From Candidatus Nanosynbacter lyticus (GTDB taxonomy: Bacteria; Patescibacteriota; Saccharimonadia; Saccharimonadales; Saccharimonadaceae), in NCBI RefSeq assembly GCF_030253515.1, contig NZ_CP124549.1, positions 420,001-452,000 on the forward strand: a stretch of DNA of 32,000 nt, in the 5' to 3' direction. The notes beneath the pieces were generated by a model. That model did not search any database and was not told where the DNA came from. It saw only the letters and a program-made list of their open reading frames with translations. The position numbers were made by a program, and so were the translations under genes. Every line of letters starts with the position of its first letter. Position 1 is the stretch's first letter. Positions 15,389 through 25,444 of this stretch are shown here, one piece after another.

Positions 15389-18300
15389 TTATACGGCTAC
15401 AGCTAATTCCTCTTCCTGGTTGTCTGCGAACTCGTCCTCACTTGGCTCGTCGGTTTCCGTCTCTTCGACAGCGCCCGTTCCCACTGGGATCTTGCGGCCG
15501 ATGATGACGTTTTCCTTGAGGCCATGCAAGTGGTCAGCGCGGCCTGAGACAGCAGCGTTGATCAGCACGCGAGTGGTGTCCTGGAAGGACGCAGCAGATA
15601 GCCACGAATCGCTCCAGATGGACACCTTGGTGATACCGAGCAGCAATTGGGTATAGCTGATGAGGTTTTTGCCCTCAGCGGCTAGTTGCTTGTTGGTGTT
15701 CACCACTGCAGCCTTAGAGACGATATCGCCCGTCACAAAGTCGCTGTCGCCAGCATCTTCGATCTGGACGCGGCTGAACATCTGGCGAACGATGATCTCC
15801 AGGTGCTTGTCGGCCACGTCTTGACCCTGAGCGGCGTAAATGCGCAGCACTTCGTTGATGATGTAGCGCTGAGTCGCCTCGACGCCCTTCAGGCGCATCA
15901 AGTCGTGTAGGTTCAATGAACCAGCCGTCAAGCGATCACCAGCCTCGACAACGTCGTTAGCCTTGACGACCAATTGCATGTTGCCAGGAATCTCGTAGCG
16001 AGCCGGTGCGCCAGCTTCAGCAGCGATCACCAAGGTGTCTTCTGCTGCCTCAACCACACCATCAAATGGCGCGATGAGTGGGCGGGTGTCGCCTTCGCCA
16101 GTTGCCAGCACGTCGCCAGCCTTGACGCTTGAACCGGCCTTGACCATGATGGTTCGACCGTCCAGCGGCAAGCGCTCAACCTTGCCTGATTCTGGAGTAA
16201 CTTGGACGATGTACTTCTTGCCATCTTCCCAAACGTCAACTAACCCGGCAATTTCCGTAACAAACGCCTGGCCCTTTGGTGTGCGCGCCTCGAACAATTC
16301 TTCAACACGCGGCAGACCCTGAGTGATGTCACCACCGGCTACACCGGAGTTGTGGAAGGTGCGCAAGGTCAACTGAGTACCTGGCTCACCGACTGATTGA
16401 GCAGCGATGACACCGACTGGCTGATGATTACCGACCAGTTTACCAGTTGACATGTCAACGCCGTAGCTGCGCTGCGGAATGCCGTTAAGGTTGTTGGTTG
16501 ACAAGACTGATTGAATTTTGACGCTCTGGACGCTTTCATCGTCATCAATTGAGTCAGCGATTTCACGAGTGATCAATTCGTCCTTGTTGACGTGACCCGG
16601 AATCGTCTCGGCAGCATACCGACCAGCCAAGCGGTTCGAGAAGTCGATCATCGTTTCCTCGGTTTCTGAACGGTAGATTGCGTAACCTTCGTCGTCGCCC
16701 TCGGCGTCCTCAACGGTAAAGACGTCCTGTGCCACGTCGACCAAACGACGAGTCAGGTAACCTGAGTCAGCGGTCTTCAGCGCGGTGTCGATCAGACCCT
16801 TACGCGCACCACGTGTCGCCACGAAGGCCTCAAGGCTGGACAGACCACCGGTGTATGAGCTACGGATTGGCAGCTCGATCTCGCGGTTAGCCGCGTCAAC
16901 CTGGATACCGATCATGGCACTGGCGAGCTTGACGTTCGAGATGTCACCACGAGCACCAGAGTTGACCATCATCGAGATACTGGTGTCCATGTGTGCCAGC
17001 TGATCCTGGAGGAAGGCTGTAATCTTATTGTCCACATTCCGCCAGGCATTCACCGTCAAGTTGTAGCGCTCGTCCTCGGTGATCAAACCTTGGTCGAATT
17101 GCTCGGAAATCAAGGCCGCCTTGGCGTCGCCCTCGGCCACGAACTCAGCGATTTCGTCAAAGTGCACGTAGTCGGTCATACCGGTTGACACGGCCGCAGT
17201 TGTGGCAAAGCGGAAGGCCTGACCCTTCATGCGGTCGGCAATCTTGGCAGTTTCCTCGGCGCCATACTTGTTGAAGATCTGCGCCAATACTTTCTTCAGC
17301 TGCTTCTTCGTCTGAACGTTGTTGTCATATGGGAAGTCCTCTGGCAAAATCTCGTTAAAGAAGACTCGGCCCAAGGTTGTCTGGCGCAATTTACCCTTGG
17401 CATAGATGCGAATTGGCGTTTGCAGTTGAATATCGCCCTTGTCGTACGCCAGTTCTGCCTCGTAGACCGAGCTGAACGCCTTGATGTGGTCAGTCTGTGC
17501 CTGCGGCTTGTCATACGTCAGGTAGTAGTTACCGAGCACGATGTCCTGCGAGATGTGCAGCACTGGCGCACCGTCGGCAGGCTTCAATAGGTTGTTAGTA
17601 GCGCTCATCAGCTCGCGTGCCTCGGCCTGCGCTTCCTTGGAAAGCGGCAGGTGGACAGCCATCTGGTCACCGTCAAAGTCAGCGTTAAAGCCGGCACAGA
17701 CTAGCGGGTGCAGCTGAATTGCTTTACCTTCGACGAGGACTGGCTGGAAGGACTGAATTGACAGGCGGTGCAAGCTCGGCGCGCGGTTGAGCAACACGTA
17801 CTTGCCCTTGATCGCCTCGTCCAGCGCATCCCACACAACCGCTTCACCCGACTCGATCAAGCGAGTCGCCGAGCGAATGTTGTGGGCAAATTCGCCCTTG
17901 ATCAGCCAGCTGATGACAAACGGCTTGAATAGTTCAAGCGCCATTTGTTTTGGCAGGCCGCACTGATTGATCTTTAATTTTGGACCAACGACGATGACCG
18001 AGCGACCAGAGTAATCGACGCGCTTACCGAGCAGGTTCTGGCGGAAGCGGCCTTGCTTGCCTTTGAGCATATCGCTAATTGACTTGAGGCGACGACGGCT
18101 GCCAGTCGAGCTGACTGCCCGACCACCGCGCGCTGCTGCGTTGTCGATCAGGGCATCGACAGCCTCTTGCAGCATGCGTCGTTCATTGCGCTGAATCACT
18201 TCTGGCGCATTGAGCTCGACCAGCTTCTTCAGGCGATTGTTGCGGTTGATGATGCGGCGATACAAGTCGTTCAGGTCAGAGGTGGCAAACCGACCACCAC

Positions 18301-19237
18301 TGAGGGCGACCATTGGACGTAAGTCTGGTGGGATGACTGGCAGTACCGTCAGGCAGAGGCTAGATGGCTTGATGCCAGCAGCCTGCATGCTCTCGAGCAT
18401 CTTCAGGCGCTTGAGCAGTTTCTTCTCGCGCTGACCCTTGGCGTGTTCGGCTTCCTCGCTCAGCTGGGCGATCAGTTCTGACAGATCAATTTCATCCAGC
18501 AATGCCTTGAGCGCACTGGCACCCATGCCGACCTCGATCAGCTCGTCGTACTCTTCTGGCAAGTTACGATAATCCGTCTCCGAGATCAGCGCGCCCTTGA
18601 CGAGGCCCTCAAGCTGCGTTTTCTTCGTCGTGTACTTGTCGTTAAGCTCGTCAACCTCGCGGCTCTGTTCCTTCGCCAGCTGCTTGATATCAGCACCGTC
18701 AGCCTCGGCGAGCTGCTCGTAACGCATCTTGATCGCCATCCGACCGGCCTCAGTCTCGGCCTCCAGATCCGCCAGATACTGGTCGCGCGTGGCCTCGTCA
18801 ACCTTGAGAATGACATAGGTTGCAAAGTAAGCGATCCGCTCGATATTACGCACCGTCATCCCCAGTAGCAAGCTCATGGCGCTCGGCGTGCCGCGCATAA
18901 ACCAAATGTGCGCTACTGGTGCGGCCAATTGAATGTGGCCCATGCGCTCGCGGCGGACGATTGACTTGGTGACGAGTTCACCATTCTTATCAACCGCAGC
19001 TTCGCGTGAACGAACACCTTTTAGCTTTGAGTCGTGTGGATTGATGTCCTTGACCGGACCAAAGATTCGCTCGCAGAACAAGCCGTCGCGCTCTGGCTTT
19101 TGGGTGCGATAGTTGATCGTCTCTGGCTTGAGAACCTCGCCGTGACTCCACTTCAGGATGTCCTCGGCGCTGGCCACCGCTAGGCGCACCGCATCAAAAT
19201 CGCTAATTCCGGTCGCGTTAAATGAATATTGCGCCAT
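15389..19237 (-). CDS. rpoC: DNA-directed RNA polymerase subunit beta-prime
   Basis: 1282 aa, with NADFDGDQ (aa 518-525), [28 protein letters not shown] and the other conserved beta-prime blocks. Confidence 0.98.
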   Translation of the reverse strand: MAQYSFNATGISDFDAVRLAVASAEDILKWSHGEVLKPETINYRTQKPERDGLFCERIFGPVKDINPHDSKLKGVRSREAAVDKNGELVTKSIVRRERMGHIQLAAPVAHIWFMRGTPSAMSLLLGMTVRNIERIAYFATYVILKVDEATRDQYLADLEAETEAGRMAIKMRYEQLAEADGADIKQLAKEQSREVDELNDKYTTKKTQLEGLVKGALISETDYRNLPEEYDELIEVGMGASALKALLDEIDLSELIAQLSEEAEHAKGQREKKLLKRLKMLESMQAAGIKPSSLCLTVLPVIPPDLRPMVALSGGRFATSDLNDLYRRIINRNNRLKKLVELNAPEVIQRNERRMLQEAVDALIDNAAARGGRAVSSTGSRRRLKSISDMLKGKQGRFRQNLLGKRVDYSGRSVIVVGPKLKINQCGLPKQMALELFKPFVISWLIKGEFAHNIRSATRLIESGEAVVWDALDEAIKGKYVLLNRAPSLHRLSIQSFQPVLVEGKAIQLHPLVCAGFNADFDGDQMAVHLPLSKEAQAEARELMSATNNLLKPADGAPVLHISQDIVLGNYYLTYDKPQAQTDHIKAFSSVYEAELAYDKGDIQLQTPIRIYAKGKLRQTTLGRVFFNEILPEDFPYDNNVQTKKQLKKVLAQIFNKYGAEETAKIADRMKGQAFRFATTAAVSTGMTDYVHFDEIAEFVAEGDAKAALISEQFDQGLITEDERYNLTVNAWRNVDNKITAFLQDQLAHMDTSISMMVNSGARGDISNVKLASAMIGIQVDAANREIELPIRSSYTGGLSSLEAFVATRGARKGLIDTALKTADSGYLTRRLVDVAQDVFTVEDAEGDDEGYAIYRSETEETMIDFSNRLAGRYAAETIPGHVNKDELITREIADSIDDDESVQSVKIQSVLSTNNLNGIPQRSYGVDMSTGKLVGNHQPVGVIAAQSVGEPGTQLTLRTFHNSGVAGGDITQGLPRVEELFEARTPKGQAFVTEIAGLVDVWEDGKKYIVQVTPESGKVERLPLDGRTIMVKAGSSVKAGDVLATGEGDTRPLIAPFDGVVEAAEDTLVIAAEAGAPARYEIPGNMQLVVKANDVVEAGDRLTAGSLNLHDLMRLKGVEATQRYIINEVLRIYAAQGQDVADKHLEIIVRQMFSRVQIEDAGDSDFVTGDIVSKAAVVNTNKQLAAEGKNLISYTQLLLGITKVSIWSDSWLSAASFQDTTRVLINAAVSGRADHLHGLKENVIIGRKIPVGTGAVEETETDEPSEDEFADNQEEELAVAV

Positions 19238-19238
19238 C

Positions 19239-22200
19239 TTACGCCTCCTCCTTTATTTCTTCTACTTCGTCAATATCTTGTACGCTCATACCGGCCTCGA
19301 TGTCGCCGATGTCGTCTGATTCGTCTAGGTAAACTTGATCATCGCCATCATCGTCGTCGCTGACAGTTTGTGGTACGGTCTTGTCGGCTGGGCCACTTGA
19401 AGCAATGACATGCTCAGCGTCAACCACGCCACCCTCATCAAGCAGATCAACCCGAAGGCCCAATCCCTGCAGCTCCTTGACGAGCACGTTGAAGGATTCT
19501 GGCAGTTTCGGCCCGACGATTGGCTCGTCCTTGATGATCGACTCGTAGGCCTTAGCCCGGCCATAGACGTCGTCAGACTTGATGGTTAGCATTTCCTGCA
19601 AGGTTGCCGCAGCGCCGTAGGCTTCCAGTGCCCAGACCTCCATCTCACCGAAGCGCTGACCACCGTTCTGCGCTTTACCACCGAGCGGCTGCTGAGTAAC
19701 CATGGTGTATGGACCAGTTGAGCGGGCGTGGATCTTATCAGAGACCATGTGGTGTAGCTTAATCATGTGCATGACGCCGACTGTGGTGCGCTCCTCAAAG
19801 GCTTCACCGGTGCGGCCATCGAACAGTTGGCTCTTACCATCGCGCGCCAGTCCTGCTTTTTCTAATTCATCAGAAATCGTGGCTGACGGCACACCATCAA
19901 ACGACGGCGTCGCCACACGGTAGCCTAGTGCTCGTGCCGCCATACCGAGGTGCGTCTCAAACAGCTGACCGAGGTTCATGCGGCTTGGCACACCCAGTGG
20001 GTTCAAGATCACGTCAACTGGCGTACCGTCCTCCATGAATGGCATATCCTCGACTGGCAGTACCCGCGCAACCACACCCTTGTTACCGAAGCGGCCGGCC
20101 ATCTTGTCACCGACACCGATCTTGCGCATCTGCGCCACAAAGATCTGGATTTGCATCAACACGCCAGCCTTGAGCTCGTGGCCATTCTCGCGGCTAAAGA
20201 TCTTGACACCGACGACCTTGCCGCCGCCAGCATTATTCATCCGCTGCGAGGTGTCGCGGACATCCTTGGCTTTTTCACCAAAGATAGCGCGTAGCAGGCG
20301 CTCCTCAGAGCTGAGTTCCTGCTCACCTTTCGGCGTAATCTTACCAACCAAGACGTCACCAGCCTTGACCTCAGAACCGATTTGCACGATACCGTTTTCG
20401 TCGAGGTGGCGCAGACTGTCTTCTGACACATTCGGAATGTCGCGGGTGACGATCTCTGGGCCGAGCTTGGTCTCGCGAACCTCAACGTTATAATCCTTGA
20501 TGTTGATACTGGTCAGGCGGTCGTCCTCCACCAAGCGGCGGCTGAGGATAATCGCGTCCTCCATGTTGTAACCGCCCCACGGCATAAAGGCCACCGTCAG
20601 GTTTCGTCCCAGCGCGATCTCGCCCTCGGCAATCGACGCACCCTCGACGAGGATGTCGCCCTGCTTGACCCTATCGCCACGGGCTACCCGAACCTTTTGG
20701 TTGTAGCAGCGATCGTCATTGTTCTTGACGAAGTGTCGCAGTGCGTAGACCTTGACGCCATCAGCATACTTGACATGAATTTCATCAGCATCAGCCCGCA
20801 CCACTTCGCCATCAGCCTCGGCCTGGATCAAGTGGCCGCTATTCTCGGCCACCGCCTGCTCGATACCGGTACCGACAACCGCTGGCTCTGGCGTGAGCAG
20901 CGGCACTGCTTGACGCTGCATGTTTGAGCCGGTCAAGGCGCGGTCAACACGGGTTTTTTCGATAAACGGCACCAGCGCCGCCGTCGAGCCGAGGATCTGC
21001 TTGTGAGCAGCGTCCATAAAGGTAACTTCTTCGACGTCAACCTGACCTGGCTGGAGGAATTTACGGGCGCTGACACGGCTGTCGGTGAACGACTTGTCGT
21101 CATTCAAGCGTGCTCCGGCGTCGGCGATGACTTCGCTGGCTTCCTGGGCAGCATCCAGATAGACCACTTCATCCGTCACCCGACCATCGGTGACGCGCAG
21201 GTACGGCGTCTCGATAAAGCCATATTCATTCACCCGCGCGTAGGTCGCGAGGTTTAGCACCAAGCCAACGTTGGCACCTTCTGGTGTTTCCACCGAACAG
21301 ATACGACCATAGTGCGTTGGGTGAGCGTCGCGAACGTCAAAACCAGCGCGCTCGCGGCTCAAACCACCGGGGCCCATCGAACTCAATCGGCGCTTATGGC
21401 TGAGTTCGGACAGTGGATTGACCTCATCAAGGAGCTGACTCAGCTGCGAACTGGTAAAGAACTCGCGCACTGCTGCCACCACCGGCCGCGCATTGATCAA
21501 CTGGCTCGGCGTAATGTTCTCCATATCAGCCACGCTCATCCGGTCCATGGCGTTGCGCTGCATCCTGAGCATACCGACGCGGAACTGACGGGCAATCAGC
21601 TCGCCGACCAGCTTGACGCGGCGATTACTCAGCGCATCAATATCATCAGCTGGCTCTTGGGTATTGTTGAGGCGAATGATCTCGCGGATGATGGCCACCA
21701 GGTCGCTCATCTGGAAAATACGGTTTTCAGCAGTGTTGGCAACGTCGAGGCCCAGGCGCTGGTCCATCTTGTACCGGCCGACCCGAGAATAATCAAAGCG
21801 CTTGAAATCAAAGAACATTCGCTCGATCATCTGGCGCGCATTATCAACTGTCGCCAGATCGCCCGGCCGCAGGCGACGATAGACTTCGATCAGCGCTTCA
21901 TTAGCGCCACGCGCGGTATCTTTTTCAAGCGTTTCCTGAATGTAGCTGGTCTCGCCCGTGTCAATGTCAGCAAATAATTCACGAATTTCTGATGTTTTTG
22001 GATGGCCCAAAGCCCGCAGCAAAGTCGTCACCGGCAATTTGCGACGACGGTCAATCTTGACATAAATCGTGCCATTAGTCGCCGTTTCAAATTCCAGCCA
22101 TGCGCCGCGGCCTGGGATCATCTTGGCACCGTAGTAATTGCGGCCAGCCACGGTATCAGCCGTAAAGAACACACCAGCCGAGCGGATCAACTGGCTAACC

Positions 22201-22610
22201 ACCACGCGCTCGGTACCGTTGATGATAAAGGTACCGCGCTCGGTCATCCATGGATAATCGCCGAGGTAGATTTCCTGCTCTTTGACTTCACCCGTCACTT
22301 TGTTGGTGAGTTCAACAGTTGCATGCAGCGGCGCTTCAAACGTCAAATTGTTTTCCTTGGCGAACTGATCAGTGGTCTTTGGCTCGTCAAAATGATAACT
22401 GCCGAACCGCAGCGCCAACTTCTGACCAGTGTAGTCGTCAATTGGGTTAATTTCTGAAAAGATTTCGCTCAAACCATCCTCGACGAACCAGCGCCACGAG
22501 TCCTCTTGGTGAGCGATGAGATTTGGCATGGCGATCGCACTGTCTGTCCCAGTGAAAAAGACGCGCGCGCCACGAGTGGTCTGTTGAGCCACAGGCGTTA
22601 CTCCTCGCAT
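19239..22610 (-). CDS. rpoB: DNA-directed RNA polymerase subunit beta
   Basis: 1123-aa ORF with conserved beta blocks (SQLSQLLD..NPLSELSHKRRLS, GRFGNKGVV, GEMEVWALEAYGAA). The likely true start is GTG 22592, which has a GAGGAG SD 8 nt upstream. ATG 22610 is the longest-ORF start. Confidence 0.97.
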   Translation of the reverse strand: MRGVTPVAQQTTRGARVFFTGTDSAIAMPNLIAHQEDSWRWFVEDGLSEIFSEINPIDDYTGQKLALRFGSYHFDEPKTTDQFAKENNLTFEAPLHATVELTNKVTGEVKEQEIYLGDYPWMTERGTFIINGTERVVVSQLIRSAGVFFTADTVAGRNYYGAKMIPGRGAWLEFETATNGTIYVKIDRRRKLPVTTLLRALGHPKTSEIRELFADIDTGETSYIQETLEKDTARGANEALIEVYRRLRPGDLATVDNARQMIERMFFDFKRFDYSRVGRYKMDQRLGLDVANTAENRIFQMSDLVAIIREIIRLNNTQEPADDIDALSNRRVKLVGELIARQFRVGMLRMQRNAMDRMSVADMENITPSQLINARPVVAAVREFFTSSQLSQLLDEVNPLSELSHKRRLSSMGPGGLSRERAGFDVRDAHPTHYGRICSVETPEGANVGLVLNLATYARVNEYGFIETPYLRVTDGRVTDEVVYLDAAQEASEVIADAGARLNDDKSFTDSRVSARKFLQPGQVDVEEVTFMDAAHKQILGSTAALVPFIEKTRVDRALTGSNMQRQAVPLLTPEPAVVGTGIEQAVAENSGHLIQAEADGEVVRADADEIHVKYADGVKVYALRHFVKNNDDRCYNQKVRVARGDRVKQGDILVEGASIAEGEIALGRNLTVAFMPWGGYNMEDAIILSRRLVEDDRLTSINIKDYNVEVRETKLGPEIVTRDIPNVSEDSLRHLDENGIVQIGSEVKAGDVLVGKITPKGEQELSSEERLLRAIFGEKAKDVRDTSQRMNNAGGGKVVGVKIFSRENGHELKAGVLMQIQIFVAQMRKIGVGDKMAGRFGNKGVVARVLPVEDMPFMEDGTPVDVILNPLGVPSRMNLGQLFETHLGMAARALGYRVATPSFDGVPSATISDELEKAGLARDGKSQLFDGRTGEAFEERTTVGVMHMIKLHHMVSDKIHARSTGPYTMVTQQPLGGKAQNGGQRFGEMEVWALEAYGAAATLQEMLTIKSDDVYGRAKAYESIIKDEPIVGPKLPESFNVLVKELQGLGLRVDLLDEGGVVDAEHVIASSGPADKTVPQTVSDDDDGDDQVYLDESDDIGDIEAGMSVQDIDEVEEIKEEA

Positions 22611-22723
22611 TGATTATAATTGGTGATCACGGCCGGAAGATCTCTTAGTCTCAGCACGAGCCCGAGGTTTGCCCGCCCATCAAGCTCGCCCCTCGCTAAA
22701 ACTACACTACTTCACTGTGACAC

Positions 22724-22752
22724 ATTATGACGCATAGGACGACGAATTGCAA
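22724..22752 (-). promoter_or_regulatory. Promoter of rpoBC, TTGCAA-17-CATAAT
   Basis: Minus-strand read: ttgcaa ttcgtcgtcctatgcgt cataat. A leader of about 125 nt follows. Confidence 0.45.
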
Positions 22753-22781
22753 GAGAAAAATAATTGAAAAATTGACTATCG

Positions 22782-23444
22782 TTAAGCAGCGGCTAGTTCT
22801 AAACGAAGGCACACTTCACCCAGTAATCTAGCCGCACGCTCACCGTCAGTGATCGTCGCTAACCATTCCCAGCTTCCATCGGTTTGAAGTTGCGCCGTAT
22901 GTAGTCGATAATTACCAGCGACACCGCCAACCGAGTCACGTTTGACAATACGGCTAACTTGGTGATTTTGCGGATTAATATCTTTGACGTGACCCGGTAG
23001 TAGTAGAGCCCGCTCGTCAATATACATACCAAGATATGTTGGCCGATTATTTGGCCCAGTCTCATGATTAAGTACCGCATTTACCAGTCCCCGAAACAGA
23101 TCCCAGCGTTTCATATTTCTAGCCCCATACCGCTCGAGATATATCAGATTATTATCCTGTACATCCGGAATATCTGAGGCCAAGCCTAAGGCATCGGTTC
23201 GACCTACACTTACTGCCGCCTTGATTGATGCATCTGCGAGCGCAACATAAATACCACCCTCGACAAGATCGGCTTGCCTCCGAAGTACTTCGGGCGTAAA
23301 CTGTTCAGATTGATACAATCGTCTTATCTCGGAAGCGCTGATATCTGGCTTCACATGTACGAGAGACTCAACCCACAAGCAGCGCAGATCATCACACAAT
23401 GAATCAGTAATATCACCACCACTTAATCGAACTGTCTCAATCAT
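22782..23444 (-). CDS. Hypothetical protein (220 aa), family not recognised; last gene of the dcd-tmk operon
   Basis: Clean ORF with an AGGAGAGG SD 5 nt upstream of the ATG, starting 24 nt after the tmk stop. No TM segment or signal peptide. Confidence 0.7.
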   Translation of the reverse strand: MIETVRLSGGDITDSLCDDLRCLWVESLVHVKPDISASEIRRLYQSEQFTPEVLRRQADLVEGGIYVALADASIKAAVSVGRTDALGLASDIPDVQDNNLIYLERYGARNMKRWDLFRGLVNAVLNHETGPNNRPTYLGMYIDERALLLPGHVKDINPQNHQVSRIVKRDSVGGVAGNYRLHTAQLQTDGSWEWLATITDGERAARLLGEVCLRLELAAA

Positions 23445-23468
23445 ATCCTCTCCTATTTATGAAATATA

Positions 23469-24116
23469 CTACAAATATCGAGCAATGCTGTCAAGGATCC
23501 GCGCGTGCACTTCCTCTGGGGCTCCGGCAGCTGACAATACTGGGATATTTCGCTCGGCAGCGATGGCTTCATAGGCGTGGTTAACCCTGTCCTGGAACGA
23601 CTGCTCACGTGACTCAAATGTATCAGGCTGAGCGATGTGCCCGCGCTCCGCGATGCGCTGCTGGCGCTGGGTGTCGCTGAGCGTCAAGACCACCATCGCA
23701 TCCGGCTGCAGGTATCGCTCGTCGGTAAATAGCTTTGTCATCCGCATAATCTCCTCCGCATCTAGCCCGTCGCCATAGCCCTGATAAGCCAGTGTTGAGA
23801 TGTAATTACGCGCACTCAGAACGATCTCGCCGCGCTGTAGGGCTGGCTGAATCTTTTCGCGCCACAACTCGCGCCGCGCCGCTGAGAACAACGCTACATT
23901 AATTTCGCTAGAGCGCACCAGATTGCCATTTTTGACAATACGCCTCAGTTCATTGGCTACCGGCGTCGACTTTTCTGGATCGTCGCTGCCTGGCTCTTCG
24001 ACCACGCACACGACGCGGCCACGCGCCCGGAAATAATCCGCCAGCATGGCTACTTGGGTTGACTTGCCCGTACCGTCGTTGCCTTCGATGACGATGTATC
24101 GACCGGGACGGCTCAT
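23469..24116 (-). CDS. tmk: Thymidylate (dTMP) kinase
   Basis: P-loop IVIEGNDGTGKSTQ, EEPG, and the STLAYQGYG motif typical of Tmk. There is a 4-nt ATGA overlap with dcd. Confidence 0.88.
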   Translation of the reverse strand: MSRPGRYIVIEGNDGTGKSTQVAMLADYFRARGRVVCVVEEPGSDDPEKSTPVANELRRIVKNGNLVRSSEINVALFSAARRELWREKIQPALQRGEIVLSARNYISTLAYQGYGDGLDAEEIMRMTKLFTDERYLQPDAMVVLTLSDTQRQQRIAERGHIAQPDTFESREQSFQDRVNHAYEAIAAERNIPVLSAAGAPEEVHARILDSIARYL

Positions 24117-24832
24117 TTGATACCCTCGCCTAGGCCGTTAATAATCGCCGGAGCATGACGCCGATCCTTGAACGCCCGCGGCAGCATCGTTTCCGGCCGC
24201 CAACTACGGATAAGCTCGGTGAGGTCGTCGGTGTGCTGGTACTTGCCGCTGATACCGCCACGCCCGTCAGCGTAACCGCCATCCACCGGCCCAGTCTGGT
24301 GAAAAATTAATTGCCCGATGCGCTCGCCAACTGGCAGTACCACGCTTTCGTGCTTGTTCAAATTGTAAATCTCGAGCGTAATCCGATTGATATAGCCCGG
24401 ATCGATCCAGCCCGCATCAAAACACACCGCCACGCCGTTACGACCCCACGAGCTGCGGCTTTTCACCTCAGCCGCGCCGCCGTGCGCCCGAATGCCCACG
24501 AACTCGTGGGTGTGCGCCAAGATCCGTTCACCAGGACGCAGCACAATGATCGGATGCTCATCCGGAATATTACGAAACCGCCTAAAGCCGTTATGTTCGC
24601 ACCACTCGGCGTGCGGTATCGCCATCAGCGGCCCCTTGAAATACCGCGCCACTTCCGCTTCGTCAAATGGATTATAAACACTTGACTGATCGTCAAATTC
24701 CTGTTTATAAAAATAATGCCCCAGCGTAAAGTCCAGGCTAGCTTCTGACACATTGTCCGGATCAAACGGCGTACAGACGATCGTTCCTTCCTCGATCGCT
24801 GCCAAAATTTCCCGGTTTGAATACACGCTCAT
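24113..24832 (-). CDS. dcd: dCTP deaminase family protein (Dcd/dUTPase-fold), extended 239-aa form
   Basis: N-terminus REILAAIEEG..I...P, then SRSSWGRNGV and AGWIDPGYINRITLEIYN. These parallel, from memory, the E. coli Dcd motifs GRSSLARLGL and HRIDPGWSGCIVLEFYN. A GAGGAGG SD is present. Confidence 0.8.
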   Translation of the reverse strand: MSVYSNREILAAIEEGTIVCTPFDPDNVSEASLDFTLGHYFYKQEFDDQSSVYNPFDEAEVARYFKGPLMAIPHAEWCEHNGFRRFRNIPDEHPIIVLRPGERILAHTHEFVGIRAHGGAAEVKSRSSWGRNGVAVCFDAGWIDPGYINRITLEIYNLNKHESVVLPVGERIGQLIFHQTGPVDGGYADGRGGISGKYQHTDDLTELIRSWRPETMLPRAFKDRRHAPAIINGLGEGIK

Positions 24833-24879
24833 GCCGCGCCTCCTCTTGTTTATCTTACCTCACTCCCCCGAGTGATTCT

Positions 24880-24908
24880 ATTATGACAATATTTACCCGC
24901 TCGGGCAA
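24880..24908 (-). promoter_or_regulatory. Promoter of the dcd-tmk operon, TTGCCC-17-CATAAT (TG-extended)
   Basis: Minus-strand read: ttgccc gagcgggtaaatattgt cataat. It is divergent from folA. Confidence 0.45.
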
Positions 24909-24930
24909 GCTTTTCGTAAATTTTACATCA

Positions 24931-24939
24931 TGCTAGACT
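24931..24939 (+). promoter_or_regulatory. Possible extended -10 (TGcTAGACT), 7 nt upstream of the folA ATG
   Basis: Sequence is catgcTAGACTggggggtATG. Alternatively, the G-run acts as a very close SD. Confidence 0.3.
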
Positions 24940-24946
24940 GGGGGGT

Positions 24947-25444
24947 ATGGAGAAAGCCATCATCGTTGCCTATGATACCAACCGCGCCATCGGTCAGGGT
25001 GGTGATTTGCCGTGGAGGCGGAGCTTACCGGCGGATCTGGCACATTTCAAGCGGCTGACCAAAGGTAGCGACGTCATCATGGGCCGAAAAACCTTCGAGT
25101 CGATCGGTTGCCGTCCGTTACCAGAGCGTGAAAACATTGTCATTTCCTCGCGGCCAACGGGTGTTAAGGGCGTGCTGACTGCGGTAAACCTGGAAAGTGC
25201 CCTGGCACTAGCTCGTTACAAAACCTTCATCATCGGTGGGGCGCGGGTGTATGGCGAGGCGCTGAACACACCAGAGATTGACACTATTTACGCCACCGAG
25301 GTCGACGCGTCATTCCCAGACGCCGACACCTTTTTTCCAGAGCTTGACATGACCGCCTGGCAGGAAGTGAGCCGCGTCCATCATCCCGCGGACACCGAGA
25401 ACAAGTACGACTTTGATTTTGTGACGTATCGTAGAATAATTTAG
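24947..25444 (+). CDS. folA: Dihydrofolate reductase
   Basis: 165 aa, with IGQGGDLPWR..LPADLAHFKRLT...VIMGRKTFESIG..LPERENIVIS typical of DHFR. Confidence 0.93.
   Translation: MEKAIIVAYDTNRAIGQGGDLPWRRSLPADLAHFKRLTKGSDVIMGRKTFESIGCRPLPERENIVISSRPTGVKGVLTAVNLESALALARYKTFIIGGARVYGEALNTPEIDTIYATEVDASFPDADTFFPELDMTAWQEVSRVHHPADTENKYDFDFVTYRRII

Noticed and set aside
21366-21458. The rifampicin-resistance-determining region of RpoB, checked for resistance-type substitutions.
   Set aside because: The key positions (E. coli Q513, D516, H526, S531) are wild-type in SSQLSQLLDEVNPLSELSHKRRLSSMGPGG. The differences (F514L, M515L, Q517E, N518V, I524L, T525S, A532S, L533M) cannot be interpreted as resistance from sequence alone.
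21312-21977. A 221-aa plus-strand ORF, along with other long plus-strand ORFs such as 8434..9039, 19978..20493, 22002..22457, 1596..2051, 6774..7169 and 12113..12481.
   Set aside because: All lie antisense to strongly recognisable conserved genes (rpoB, rplW/rplD, the lipoprotein, rplV, fusA). Their translations are low-complexity and Arg/Ser/Ala-rich, with no start signals. They are typical shadow ORFs.
23469-24832. The coupled dCTP-deaminase-family gene and P-loop kinase, considered as a possible nucleotide-depletion anti-phage system.
   Set aside because: The kinase has clear Tmk motifs. The pair also sits with thyA and folA, so ordinary dTTP biosynthesis is the more parsimonious reading. 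No other defence-island hallmarks are nearby.
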